This document shows, one piece after another, positions 52,205 to 63,132 of a stretch of DNA of 64,000 nucleotides. The DNA is from Chitinophaga pinensis (GTDB lineage Bacteria; Bacteroidota; Bacteroidia; NS11-12g; UBA9320). The stretch lies in contig CAMDSC010000002.1 in the NCBI GenBank assembly GCA_945907065.1, positions 96,803 to 160,802 of the forward strand, read 5' to 3'. A program made the position numbers and the translations under genes. The notes beneath the pieces are model-generated. The model was not told where the DNA came from. It did no database searches and saw only the letters and a list, made by a program, of their open reading frames with translations. Numbering within the stretch: the stretch's first letter is position 1; each line of letters opens with the position of its first letter.

Positions 52205-52639
52205 GGTAGCCTCCTTTATCAAATCTAACTCAAATCCTCTGCTCATTAGCCAGGTTATAATTTTTTGCTGGTCTTTCCAATCTGATTTAGTTGGCAATTT
52301 TTTTTCTATTAATTGCACCAAACATTCCCAATAATCTTTGTCATCAATTTCTTTCATCGCTGCTTTTATACAATAGTCAGAAATTTTTCGGGCGGTTAAT
52401 TCTCGTTTAATTTTTAATCTTCCCCATTTTTTGGTTCTAAATTTTCCTCCGGCAAAAGCTTTGGCAAAACGTTCTTCGTTTAAAAAATTAGTTTCGATAA
52501 GCCTTACCATCACCTCATTTACAGTATCGGTATTGCAGCCCAGTTCATATAATTTATTTTTAACCTCCTGATGGCAACGCTCCTGATAAGCGCAATAATG
52601 CTGAGCTTTGGCAAGTATTTCGGGCTGAATGAACGACAT
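52178..52639 (-). CDS. recX: Regulatory protein RecX
   Basis: YCAYQERCHQEV, NFLNEERFAKAF, KKWGRLKI, SRGFE. Confidence 0.9.
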   Translation of the reverse strand: MSFIQPEILAKAQHYCAYQERCHQEVKNKLYELGCNTDTVNEVMVRLIETNFLNEERFAKAFAGGKFRTKKWGRLKIKRELTARKISDYCIKAAMKEIDDKDYWECLVQLIEKKLPTKSDWKDQQKIITWLMSRGFELDLIKEATIAVGLNRR

Positions 52640-52761
52640 TGGTTAATGCGAAATTACTAAAATTTGATTCCTAAAAATTGGGGACAATTTTATAAAAAAA
52701 TACTTTGTAATTTTTAGGAACAACGAAAGTACTTTTATTAATTTGCAGCCCCCAAACAAAA

Positions 52762-53298
52762 ATGATTTTAAGTGATTTAAGAATTCTTGAGGAGATAGAA
52801 AAAGGATCTATTTTAATTGAGCCGTTTCGCAAGGAATGTCTTGGTACAAACAGCTATGATGTACATTTGGGAAAACACCTTGGTTGTTACAAAGACAGGG
52901 TTTTGGATGCAAAAGCGCATAACAAAATTGATTTATTCGAAATCCCTTTGGATGGTTTTGTTTTGCAACCCGACACCCTTTATTTGGGAGTAACAGAGGA
53001 ATACACTGAAACACACAAACACATTCCTTTTTTGGAAGGAAAATCAAGCACAGGCCGTTTGGGAATTGACATACACGCTACCGCAGGAAAAGGCGATGTG
53101 GGATTTTGCAATACCTGGACTTTAGAAATTTCGTGCACACAACCGGTTAGAATTTACAGGGGAATGCCCATTGGACAATTAATTTATTTTATGGTAGAGG
53201 GTGAAATTGAAACCCTTTACAACAAAAAAGCAAACGCCAAATACAGCAAACGCACCATCAAGCCTGTAGAAAGCATGATGTGGAAGAACAAATTTTGA
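52762..53298 (+). CDS. dcd: dCTP deaminase
   Basis: MILSD, NSYDVHLG, EGKSSTGRLG, GDVGF, TLE, IGQL. Confidence 0.93.
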   Translation: MILSDLRILEEIEKGSILIEPFRKECLGTNSYDVHLGKHLGCYKDRVLDAKAHNKIDLFEIPLDGFVLQPDTLYLGVTEEYTETHKHIPFLEGKSSTGRLGIDIHATAGKGDVGFCNTWTLEISCTQPVRIYRGMPIGQLIYFMVEGEIETLYNKKANAKYSKRTIKPVESMMWKNKF

Positions 53299-53322
53299 TA
53301 ATGATGCCATTTTAAATATACG

Positions 53323-53359
53323 AACCTCGGCCTGCTTCCTGGTCGGGGTTTGTTTTTTT
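53323..53359 (+). terminator. Intrinsic terminator after dcd
   Basis: AACCTCGGCC...GGTCGGGGTT stem followed by a T-run. Confidence 0.75.
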
Positions 53360-53399
53360 ATTTTGCCACTAAAACAGATAGACACAAAAAATCAAACAA

Positions 53400-54062
53400 A
53401 TGAAAATTCCTTGGTATAAATATATTCTCTCTTATTTTTATTTGGTAACAATCAAAAAAATCCCTTCCGAGTATAATCCAGGATTGTGCATTCAAATGGA
53501 AGCTGGAAGATTATTACTAAACACCACGAATGCCAACTACAGCTACGGCAATCTTCACAAAGTTTTTGAAGAGGTTTTTGAACTGATAGAAATAGATAAC
53601 AATCCTCCTGAAAAACTACTTTTATTAGGTTTAGGAACCGGAAGCATTATTGATATTTTACAACGTCAATATGGTTTGCACCCTCAAATTACAGCTGTGG
53701 AAATTGACCCTGCTATTATTGATTCTTTAAAATTTTGGAATAAAACAGACCTTGAAAAAACAGAAATTATTCAAGGAGATGCGTTTGAGGTTATTAAAAA
53801 TCTAAAATCTGGGTATAATTTAGTAATTGTTGATTTGTTCATCGATTTGGATGTGCATCCACAAATTCATAGCAAGGAATTTATCGAACAAATTAAATTT
53901 TTATTAGCACCTGAAGGCGAAATATTGATTAACTACGTGGTAAATACCAAACTGCAAAAACAAGAATTTACCGAATTTCAGCTTCTTTTATTAAACTATT
54001 TTAAAGAAATTAAAGGACATGAGGTAATGAACATGAATAGAGTTTTAGAGTTAAAAACTTAA
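53400..54062 (+). CDS. Spermidine-synthase-like class I SAM-dependent methyltransferase
   Basis: NANYSYGNL, LLGLGTGS, VEIDP, GDAF, IVDLF. Confidence 0.75.
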   Translation: MKIPWYKYILSYFYLVTIKKIPSEYNPGLCIQMEAGRLLLNTTNANYSYGNLHKVFEEVFELIEIDNNPPEKLLLLGLGTGSIIDILQRQYGLHPQITAVEIDPAIIDSLKFWNKTDLEKTEIIQGDAFEVIKNLKSGYNLVIVDLFIDLDVHPQIHSKEFIEQIKFLLAPEGEILINYVVNTKLQKQEFTEFQLLLLNYFKEIKGHEVMNMNRVLELKT

Positions 54063-54089
54063 ATCACAAATCATTCTATCTTTGCTGCA

Positions 54090-54890
54090 ATGGAACCAAT
54101 AAGTAGTTTACAAAACCCTTTAATCAAACTTATACAAAAGCTTGATAAAAACCGAGAACGGAGAAAACAAAATCTGATTCCGGTTGAAGGATTAAGGGAA
54201 TGCAGATTGGCAGCGGATGGTGGTTTTAACATTGAAAAAGTTTTGTATTGCAGCGAATATATTTCTGAACTTTCTTTAAGAACCGAGTTGAATTTATCTT
54301 CAAAATCACTTTGTATTAATATTTCTCCCAATGTATTTGACACCTTGGTTTACCGCAAGGGAATAGCCAATTGTTTGGCATTAATAAACCCCAAAGACTA
54401 TCGTTTTTCAGATATTGATACCTCCAAAAATCTTTTAATTTTAATTATTGATTCGGTAGAAAAGCCCGGAAATTTAGGAGCAATGTTAAGAACCTGTGAT
54501 GCCGCCGGAGTGGATGCCATCATCGTTTGTGACCCGCAAACAGATGTTTATAATCCCAATTGCATACGGGCAAGTCTTGGTGCTACATTTACAAAAAAGG
54601 TTATTGTAACTACTGCGGAAGATTGCATTAATTGGCTTAAAAAGAATTCTATAAACACCTTCGTTACTTATCTTGAATCTGCCCAAAACTATACCTTGGA
54701 AGATTTTACCAAACTAACGGCTATTGTTGTTGGCTCTGAAGCTTATGGTATAAAAGACATTTGGTTAAACAGCGGTTTTAAAAACATTATCATCCCCCAA
54801 TTTGGCAAAGTAGATTCAATGAATGTGGCTAATTCAGCAGGGATTGTGATTTATGAGGTGATAAGGCAACGAAACCTTTCGAGAGATTAA
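54090..54890 (+). CDS. TrmH/SpoU family RNA methyltransferase
   Basis: ISSLQNP, EKPGNLGAMLRT, VGSEAYG, SMNVANS. Confidence 0.92.
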   Translation: MEPISSLQNPLIKLIQKLDKNRERRKQNLIPVEGLRECRLAADGGFNIEKVLYCSEYISELSLRTELNLSSKSLCINISPNVFDTLVYRKGIANCLALINPKDYRFSDIDTSKNLLILIIDSVEKPGNLGAMLRTCDAAGVDAIIVCDPQTDVYNPNCIRASLGATFTKKVIVTTAEDCINWLKKNSINTFVTYLESAQNYTLEDFTKLTAIVVGSEAYGIKDIWLNSGFKNIIIPQFGKVDSMNVANSAGIVIYEVIRQRNLSRD

Positions 54891-54906
54891 AAACCCTCGA
54901 AAGGTT
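54873..54906. repeat. REP-like palindrome overlapping the TrmH-family stop codon
   Basis: AACCTTTCGAG...CTCGAAAGGTT perfect 11-bp stem. Confidence 0.7.
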
Positions 54907-54915
54907 AAAATTAAA

Positions 54916-56904
54916 TTAATGCACCAGCACAAATTTCCCTGATTTAAATTTTCCATCCACGCAATACCTTAAGAAATAAACCCCTGCCGGATAATTGGTC
55001 AAATCAATTTCTTTATAATGTTCATCGCTTGCTACAGGTATTTTCATAAGTAATTTTCCGTTGATATCGGCTATATAAAGTTCAGAAATACTCGCATTTA
55101 TTTCAACCTTCAAAATTCCGCGGCAAGGATTTGGATAGTATTTCAAAAACCAATCATCGGGTTTGTTATACACTGTTCCGGTTGAATCCTTTGCAGGATT
55201 TGGGTTTTGAACAAACGATGAATCTTTATTGGTACTCTCAGGCTGGTTGTGTTGCAACGAATCAATTCTTGCAGTATTCACTGTTTGATTGCATTCCGGC
55301 ATAAAAATATACTGTTGCGATAAACGGATTAATAAAATATTTAAGGTTTCTACGTCAAATTTATCAGTGCTTGGTGCAATATGCTTATCTCCTATTCCGC
55401 TGTGGTCGGTAAGAAAAATATAATTACCATTGGTAGCCAAAGCCATGCTTCGCATCAAATATTCACTGGCTTTATCAATCCCGCTGCAAACGATTGGAAC
55501 AATTCGAATTCCTTTTTCGGCAGCCATAATGGTATATTTATTAAGCTTTTCCATGGTTTCTTTATCATGGTGAGGTGAGGCATCCAATACCAAAAACATA
55601 ACTCTGGCTCTTGAATCTTCCCGCCACTTAAATTTACCAATGGCTACTTCCATAGCAGCATCCACTCCTTCGGGTTCATCCCCTCCACCATCTGCACTTT
55701 GGGCTTTCATAAAATCCATTACTTTACTAATATCAGAAGTCAAATCTTGCTGAACGGTTAAATAAGCATCTTCCTTGTCTCGGTAAAAAACGCTACCCAT
55801 ATTTAAGTTTAAGCCAGGATTTCCTTGTTTTACTTTTTCTATTACATCATACAATTCTGCCTGTAGATAACGAATTTCATCCCCCATGGAACCAGTGGCA
55901 TCCACTGCAAAAACGATATCCATATTTAATGGCTGCTTGCAAGCCGCCGGAATTACAAGCTTATTTATTCCCTGATTAAATGCAGAAGCATCTTTAATTG
56001 TAAAAATTTTCCCGTTATAAATAGCTTCTAAGGTGTACTTGCCTTTTATCAAATCGGTTGAATCATATAAATTGGCCCATAACTCTGCTTTTCCTGTATT
56101 GTCGGTATGGCTTTGCCAAATTGCTTTTCCAAATGGGTCTTTAAGAATTACTTTAATATCGGTTAACGGCGACTTGCTTTCATTGGTAATCTGAACACTG
56201 AACCGATGTTTTGGCAAAATTCCCCAATAAGTAATAAATGAATTCAATTCGCCTTTGCTCAAATCTTCCCATAGACTCCATTTGCTAAAATCATTAATCT
56301 CTCCTGCCGTTAATGTCCCGGCTTTCACATCACTGTTTATACCTCCTGAAGCATAAGTTACTCTGTCTCCTGAAACTCCTTCACTTGAAATATCTTCAAA
56401 TGACATGGCTGCACTAGTTGCCGAACCACTGCTTGTGTAAGATAGCGATGGTGCCGGTGAAGCATAGTAATCCTTTGCTCCGCCCCTGCTTGGCGTAAAT
56501 TTCATAACCTCTACAGCAATTGTTCCTTCTAATTTCTTCTCATCTATTTTTACAATTGTTGAGTCTTCTATAATTCTCTTCTTTTTAGCTAAAAATATTT
56601 TCTTGTTAATTACAGTATCCTTTTTAGGATTTACATTATAAGATTCGGAAAAAGTGTTATACCCGATATAGTTATAGTTAACTTTAAACTTTCCCGGTGT
56701 TAGGGTCAATTCAAAATTGCCTTTTGTATCTGTCAACGTTTTAAAAGTTGCTCCAGATGTTAAATTTTTGACCGAGACTTCACAGGCAATTAATGCCTCC
56801 TTTGTGGCTTTGTCTTTCACACTTCCTTTAAAAAGGATTTTTGTCTCAGGCGATTTGTTAAACAAACCCCAAATGGAGAAAAAGAATATTATCAGGTATT
56901 TCAT
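54916..56904 (-). CDS. Secreted protein with carboxypeptidase-regulatory-like domain, VWA domain and T9SS C-terminal domain
   Basis: GSVKDKATKEAL...TDTKGNF; GTLTAGEINDF; VDATGSMGDE MIDAS; GGDEPE; YYPNPCRG...GVYFLR...KFVLVH. Confidence 0.82.
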   Translation of the reverse strand: MKYLIIFFFSIWGLFNKSPETKILFKGSVKDKATKEALIACEVSVKNLTSGATFKTLTDTKGNFELTLTPGKFKVNYNYIGYNTFSESYNVNPKKDTVINKKIFLAKKKRIIEDSTIVKIDEKKLEGTIAVEVMKFTPSRGGAKDYYASPAPSLSYTSSGSATSAAMSFEDISSEGVSGDRVTYASGGINSDVKAGTLTAGEINDFSKWSLWEDLSKGELNSFITYWGILPKHRFSVQITNESKSPLTDIKVILKDPFGKAIWQSHTDNTGKAELWANLYDSTDLIKGKYTLEAIYNGKIFTIKDASAFNQGINKLVIPAACKQPLNMDIVFAVDATGSMGDEIRYLQAELYDVIEKVKQGNPGLNLNMGSVFYRDKEDAYLTVQQDLTSDISKVMDFMKAQSADGGGDEPEGVDAAMEVAIGKFKWREDSRARVMFLVLDASPHHDKETMEKLNKYTIMAAEKGIRIVPIVCSGIDKASEYLMRSMALATNGNYIFLTDHSGIGDKHIAPSTDKFDVETLNILLIRLSQQYIFMPECNQTVNTARIDSLQHNQPESTNKDSSFVQNPNPAKDSTGTVYNKPDDWFLKYYPNPCRGILKVEINASISELYIADINGKLLMKIPVASDEHYKEIDLTNYPAGVYFLRYCVDGKFKSGKFVLVH

Positions 56905-57137
56905 GTTTTATATTTAAAAGGTGGATGCATAAGGAATAAAATTTCCATAAAAATATTTTTAAACTTTAAATTTTTATAAAAACGGCTCACTTTTACCCAA
57001 AGACAATACCAAGTAATATCTAAAGGTAAACGCAGATTTTGGAATTCATCTCTTTTATTTATTAGCAATTTTAATTTCGTCTGCCATTTCTATGACATTT
57101 TGACTTTTTAAAACTATCAAACCTTTAAAATTTCCGT

Positions 57138-57153
57138 TGGCATGGCTTATGCA
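57138..57153 (+). promoter_or_regulatory. Sigma54 (-24/-12) promoter of groES-groEL
   Basis: TGGCATGGCTTATGCA with GG and GC at canonical spacing. Confidence 0.65.
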
Positions 57154-57187
57154 AAGCAGTATTCAGTAAATAAAACTTAAAAATTAT

Positions 57188-57457
57188 ATGAACATACAAC
57201 CATTAGCCGACAGAGTATTAGTTGAAGCCGCACCGGCCGAACAAAAAACTGCAGGTGGTATCTACATTCCTGATACTGCCAAAGAAAAGCCACAAAAAGG
57301 AACTGTAGTAGCTGCAGGACCGGGCAAAAAAGATGAGCCTGTAACTGTAAAACCAGGTGACACGGTATTATTTGGCAAATATGCCGGAACCGAAATTCAA
57401 GTGGAAGGTAAAGATTACCTTATCATGCGTGAGTCTGATATTTTGGCAATCGTTTAA
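57188..57457 (+). CDS. groES: Co-chaperonin GroES
   Basis: [27 protein letters not shown]. Confidence 0.98.
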   Translation: MNIQPLADRVLVEAAPAEQKTAGGIYIPDTAKEKPQKGTVVAAGPGKKDEPVTVKPGDTVLFGKYAGTEIQVEGKDYLIMRESDILAIV

Positions 57458-57481
57458 TTTTAAACCTTATAATTTTTATAA

Positions 57482-59128
<1,647 letters not shown>

Positions 59129-59208
59129 AAAGTCCCCCTTGTGTGCCAGCTTTTTGAGCGATGGCGAAGGGGGTAGGGGGATGTTTTTAAACTCCCTCCC
59201 CATAAAAC

Positions 59209-59246
59209 AAAAAAAATCCCTAGCTGAGAGGTTCGGGATTTTTTTT
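59209..59246 (+). terminator. Intrinsic terminator after groEL
   Basis: AAAAAATCCC...GGGATTTTTTTT. Confidence 0.7.
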
Positions 59247-59321
59247 GTTTTATAGCCCACGGTTTAAACTATCAACTATATAATTAAATTGTAAACTAAT
59301 AAATTTTTATAAATTCGTCCC

Positions 59322-60314
59322 ATGCAAATAGGAGTGATAGGTGGAGGAAGCTGGGCCACAGCTTTGGTTAAAATACTAACCGACAACGAGCAAAATAAAT
59401 CCATCCAGTGGTGGCTTAGAAGTCAGGATACGGTGGACCATATCCTTCAACACAAACACAATCCCAACTACATTTCTTCGGTTGAAGTGCACACCGAAAT
59501 TGTAAAACCAACTACCAATATTAATGAGGTTATACAATCTTCGGATATTATTCTTTTTGTTATTCCTGCTGCCTTTTTGGAGGATGCTTTAAAAAATACC
59601 AATACAGATAGTTTTAATAACAAAATAGTGGTTTCAGCTATTAAAGGATTGGTTCCGCAAACCGGACAAATTGTAGGTGAATATTTTGAAACAAAATATA
59701 ATTTAAGCCGAAGCAATATTGGTGTAATCACCGGACCATGCCATGCCGAGGAAGTAGCTTTTGAAAAACTTTCATACTTAACCGTTGCTTCCGAATCTGA
59801 AACTACAGCTTCCAAAATACAATTGCTTTTAAATAACCGTTATATAAAAACCAATATTTCGGATGATATTTACGGAACGGAATATAGTGCCGTGCTAAAA
59901 AATGTGTATGCCATGGCATGCGGTATCTGCCACGGAATGGGATGCGGCGATAATTTTCAGGCAGTGCTTATTTCCAATGCCATTCGTGAAATAAAAAGGT
60001 TTATCAATGTGGTTCATCCTATAAAGCGCGACATCAATGATTCCGCTTATTTAGGCGATTTATTGGTAACCGCTTATTCTCAATTCAGCCGCAACCGTAC
60101 CTTTGGAAGTATGCTAGGAAAAGGCTATTCAACAAAAGCAGCCCAGTTTGAAATGAACATGATTGCCGAAGGGTATTATGCGGCCAAAACTATTTTTGAA
60201 CTCAATAAAAAGTACAATGTAAATATGCCGATTCTGGAATTTGCACATAGTATAGTGTATGAAAATGCAAACTTGAGAGAAGCTTTAGAAAAATTAGAGA
60301 ATAATATAGACTAA
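59322..60314 (+). CDS. gpsA: NAD(P)H-dependent glycerol-3-phosphate dehydrogenase
   Basis: GGGSWATAL, KG, GPCHAEEV, LKNVYA, GDLLVT, SRNR, AEGY. Confidence 0.95.
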   Translation: MQIGVIGGGSWATALVKILTDNEQNKSIQWWLRSQDTVDHILQHKHNPNYISSVEVHTEIVKPTTNINEVIQSSDIILFVIPAAFLEDALKNTNTDSFNNKIVVSAIKGLVPQTGQIVGEYFETKYNLSRSNIGVITGPCHAEEVAFEKLSYLTVASESETTASKIQLLLNNRYIKTNISDDIYGTEYSAVLKNVYAMACGICHGMGCGDNFQAVLISNAIREIKRFINVVHPIKRDINDSAYLGDLLVTAYSQFSRNRTFGSMLGKGYSTKAAQFEMNMIAEGYYAAKTIFELNKKYNVNMPILEFAHSIVYENANLREALEKLENNID

Positions 60315-60318
60315 ATAA

Positions 60319-60386
60319 TTTCGCACGGGGTCACAGAGAGCACAGAGACAAAAATAAAACCCTCAAACCTGTGTCTCCGAGCGAAA
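60319..60386. repeat. TCGCAC-type palindromic repeat, copy 2
   Basis: TTTCGCACGGGGTCACAG versus reverse complement TTTCGCTCGGAGACACAG; internal cacagaga repeats; between convergent genes. Confidence 0.7.
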
Positions 60387-60393
60387 AACACTC

Positions 60394-62601
60394 TTATTTC
60401 TTGCAACAAGCATCCCCAAACGGGAAATATTTTACACCTCCATTCACTACAAATCCATCCAAAGGGGCATAAATATCCCTAAAATTAGGATTGCTTAATG
60501 TTCCTGTGTATATAGTATCAAACCTAGTTTGACGGGCATCCAGGAAGTTTTCAAAATTGATAAATACCGAAAATTTCTCCCAAAGCTTTTCTACCATAAA
60601 TCCGCAAATCCAATAGTCTTTCCCAATTTTTCCATCACTCAGGGTTTGCTTCCCAAAATAATACCCCTCCAAACCCACTTTCCATTTACCTTCTATTTCA
60701 TACATCAAAACGGTATTTAGCCTGTGCTTGGGAGTTAACGGCATTCTTTTTAAGCCCGAATCGGTATGCAAATCGGTATGGGTAAAGGTGTAACCTAAAA
60801 ATAATTTAAAGTCTCCAAACCCAACTTTGATATTGGTTTCACCGCCTTTGGTATCAATGTGTCCGTTGAAATTCTCTAATCGGTTATAATCCAAATCTGC
60901 TGGGGTTATATAAAATTTTAGCATAAGCGGCGATAAAATTCGAGTATAAAAAAATAACTGGTTAATATTAAACGACAATTTATTATGTGCCAAATAAAAG
61001 CGGTAATTAATGTCACCATTAAGACCATAACTTTTTTCCATACTATTTACATTTTTTGAAATTGGTTGCAATTTTTGGTAAAGAATACTTTCAGTAGCTT
61101 CAGTAAAAATGGTAGGGGCCTTATAACCCATTCCTCCTCCCAAACGATAGGTTAACGCAGGATTTTGTTTGTATAAAAGTGATAATCGAGGAAGAAAAGC
61201 TGTCCCATAATCTATAACATGATCTACTCTTAAGCCACTTTCAATTGTTAGTTTCTTTGCAGCTTTCCATGTATTTTGGGCAAATGCACCTATGGTATTT
61301 TGGATATAATCCAAATCAAATAGGTATGAATTGTCATGCTTAAAATTCTCAGTCCAAACATTTAACCCACCAATCCATTCCAATTTTTTTGAAGCTTTTA
61401 AATAACTTAATTCGGTAAATGAATTGGTTTGCTTTCCATTAAATGTATAAGTGTATGTTGTTAATTTTCTATCAAAATAAGCAACACTATTTTTAAAATT
61501 GAAAACGCCATCATTTTTGGTTTTATGTTCAATATGAAATTGGCTCGAAATCCTTTTTGTGGCATTATTCTCAAAGTATCTTCCGGTAATCCCGGTATCT
61601 CCGTTTATCAATGAAACATTCCCTCCTTTTCTTTCTTCTGTCACACCGGTTACTCCAAACATAATTTTTGTTGTTTTATTCGGGTAAAAATATACTCTGG
61701 GATTAAATGTGTAGCGTTCAAATTTGGGGATAGCCGTTAGCCCAGTTCCTGAAGGATCAAACGCTCCATTACTATTTCGGGCGGCATAAAGCGTAAACCC
61801 AAACTTACCCTTTCGTTTGCCATAAAAGGCATTAATATCCAAACCTTTAGCACTCGTGCCATTCAAAAACACTTTCATATCTCCATCCTCCGTTGGGGTT
61901 TTTGAAATTAAATTAACCATACCTGCAATGGCTCCGCCACCGTATAATGTAGAACTGGAACCTTTAATAACTTCGGCTTGTTTCAAATCCAAAGGAGGAG
62001 TTTGCAATAATCCCAAACCACCCGAAAAGCCTGAATACAAAGGAAACCCATCCTTTAAAATTTGGGTATAGCGCCCATCCAAGCCTTGTATTCTTATACT
62101 TGCATTGGCACTGGTGGCTGATGTTTGTTGGGTTTGAATACCGGTACTTTCTGCCAAGAGCATCCTAATATCACCGGGTTTCATATTTCCTTTTTCTTCC
62201 AACTCCTCCCCTGCTATGTATTCCACACGGGTTGGAATATCTTTAATACTTCGGCTGCTGCGGGTAGATGATATTTCTATTTCTTCCATTTCTTCTTCCA
62301 AAGATTGAAGTTGAATTTTTAAAGTATCGGTATTTGTAAGTGGAAAATTCAAAGTATCATAGCGGGTTTCATAACCTACAATTCGCCAAGTCAGTAATTG
62401 CTTTCCATTTGGAATATTAAGCAAGTTTATTACTCCTTCCTCATCAGCTACTCCACCAATTTTTGAAGGTTTTAAATAAACAGTTGCCCCCTCTAATGTT
62501 TCATTGGTAGCGGCATCTGTAACTTTTGCTTTTAATATATTTTGTGCATTTAAGGTATTTATTCCCAAAAGAAATAATACCAATAATTTTAGTTTTGTCA
62601 T
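60394..62601 (-). CDS. TonB-dependent receptor
   Basis: Signal peptide, CarboxypepD-like N domain, plug motifs IRIQGLDGRYTQILKDG and EVIKGSSSTLYGGGAIAG, beta-barrel, NFENFLD. Confidence 0.92.
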   Translation of the reverse strand: MTKLKLLVLFLLGINTLNAQNILKAKVTDAATNETLEGATVYLKPSKIGGVADEEGVINLLNIPNGKQLLTWRIVGYETRYDTLNFPLTNTDTLKIQLQSLEEEMEEIEISSTRSSRSIKDIPTRVEYIAGEELEEKGNMKPGDIRMLLAESTGIQTQQTSATSANASIRIQGLDGRYTQILKDGFPLYSGFSGGLGLLQTPPLDLKQAEVIKGSSSTLYGGGAIAGMVNLISKTPTEDGDMKVFLNGTSAKGLDINAFYGKRKGKFGFTLYAARNSNGAFDPSGTGLTAIPKFERYTFNPRVYFYPNKTTKIMFGVTGVTEERKGGNVSLINGDTGITGRYFENNATKRISSQFHIEHKTKNDGVFNFKNSVAYFDRKLTTYTYTFNGKQTNSFTELSYLKASKKLEWIGGLNVWTENFKHDNSYLFDLDYIQNTIGAFAQNTWKAAKKLTIESGLRVDHVIDYGTAFLPRLSLLYKQNPALTYRLGGGMGYKAPTIFTEATESILYQKLQPISKNVNSMEKSYGLNGDINYRFYLAHNKLSFNINQLFFYTRILSPLMLKFYITPADLDYNRLENFNGHIDTKGGETNIKVGFGDFKLFLGYTFTHTDLHTDSGLKRMPLTPKHRLNTVLMYEIEGKWKVGLEGYYFGKQTLSDGKIGKDYWICGFMVEKLWEKFSVFINFENFLDARQTRFDTIYTGTLSNPNFRDIYAPLDGFVVNGGVKYFPFGDACCKK

Positions 62602-62666
62602 GTTTGAAATTTAAAATTGAATTTTGTTTTGCTTATTCTTTCACACAAATGACAAATATTAAAATT

Positions 62667-62728
62667 TGACATGCTGAAGAACGTAGCATCTCTGACCGTA
62701 AAAAGATTCCTCCTTCGTCGGAATGACA
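62667..62728. repeat. REP doublet (REPIN-like)
   Basis: Two inverted 25-mers, TGACATGCTGAAGAACGTAGCATCT and (reverse complement) TGTCATTCCGACGAAGGAGGAATCT, 17/25 identical, each with an internal palindrome. Confidence 0.7.
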
Positions 62729-62744
62729 AAAGGAATCAGGTTTT

Positions 62745-63047
62745 CTACCCTAATTTGGGTGGTTGCCAAATAGATGGCAAAAACTTTGAAGATGACTCAA
62801 TAACAAAATGAAATAGATTATTTTCACTTATATAAGGAACAATTAAATCTATTGAAACCAACTGCTCAATAAATACGGAACTGCAACAGGCGCAATTACA
62901 AAAAGGTTGACATTCTTTATGTCCTTCTGTTTCATCCTTGCAATTATCCTGTTTTTCACAATTTATTTCTCCCCCAATACTATCCTGACAAGGCAATGAA
63001 ACAATGCTTGCAAAATAGATACATAAAAGAGTTATCAGGGTTTTCAA
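62745..63047 (-). CDS. Small Cys-rich protein, DUF6660-like; candidate regulatory leader
   Basis: Hydrophobic N-terminus to LPCQD, CQPFCNCACC cluster, C-terminal SIWQPPKLG. Confidence 0.75.
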   Translation of the reverse strand: MKTLITLLCIYFASIVSLPCQDSIGGEINCEKQDNCKDETEGHKECQPFCNCACCSSVFIEQLVSIDLIVPYISENNLFHFVIESSSKFLPSIWQPPKLG

Positions 63048-63079
63048 AATCAGGCGTAAAAATACAAAATTCCTTTAAA

Positions 63080-63109
63080 ACTAAAAGCGACCCGAAAGCC
63101 GCTTTTAGT
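63080..63109 (-). terminator. Terminator hairpin after dnaK
   Basis: ACTAAAAGCG...CGCTTTTAGT perfect 10-bp stem. Confidence 0.75.
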
Positions 63110-63132
63110 ATGGATAATATCTTAATTTTAAA

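Noticed and set aside
56924..56948. ECF-sigma-like motif ATGGAA-N13-TGCATC upstream of the VWA/T9SS gene
   Set aside because: Single instance and no ECF sigma gene in the window; cannot be supported
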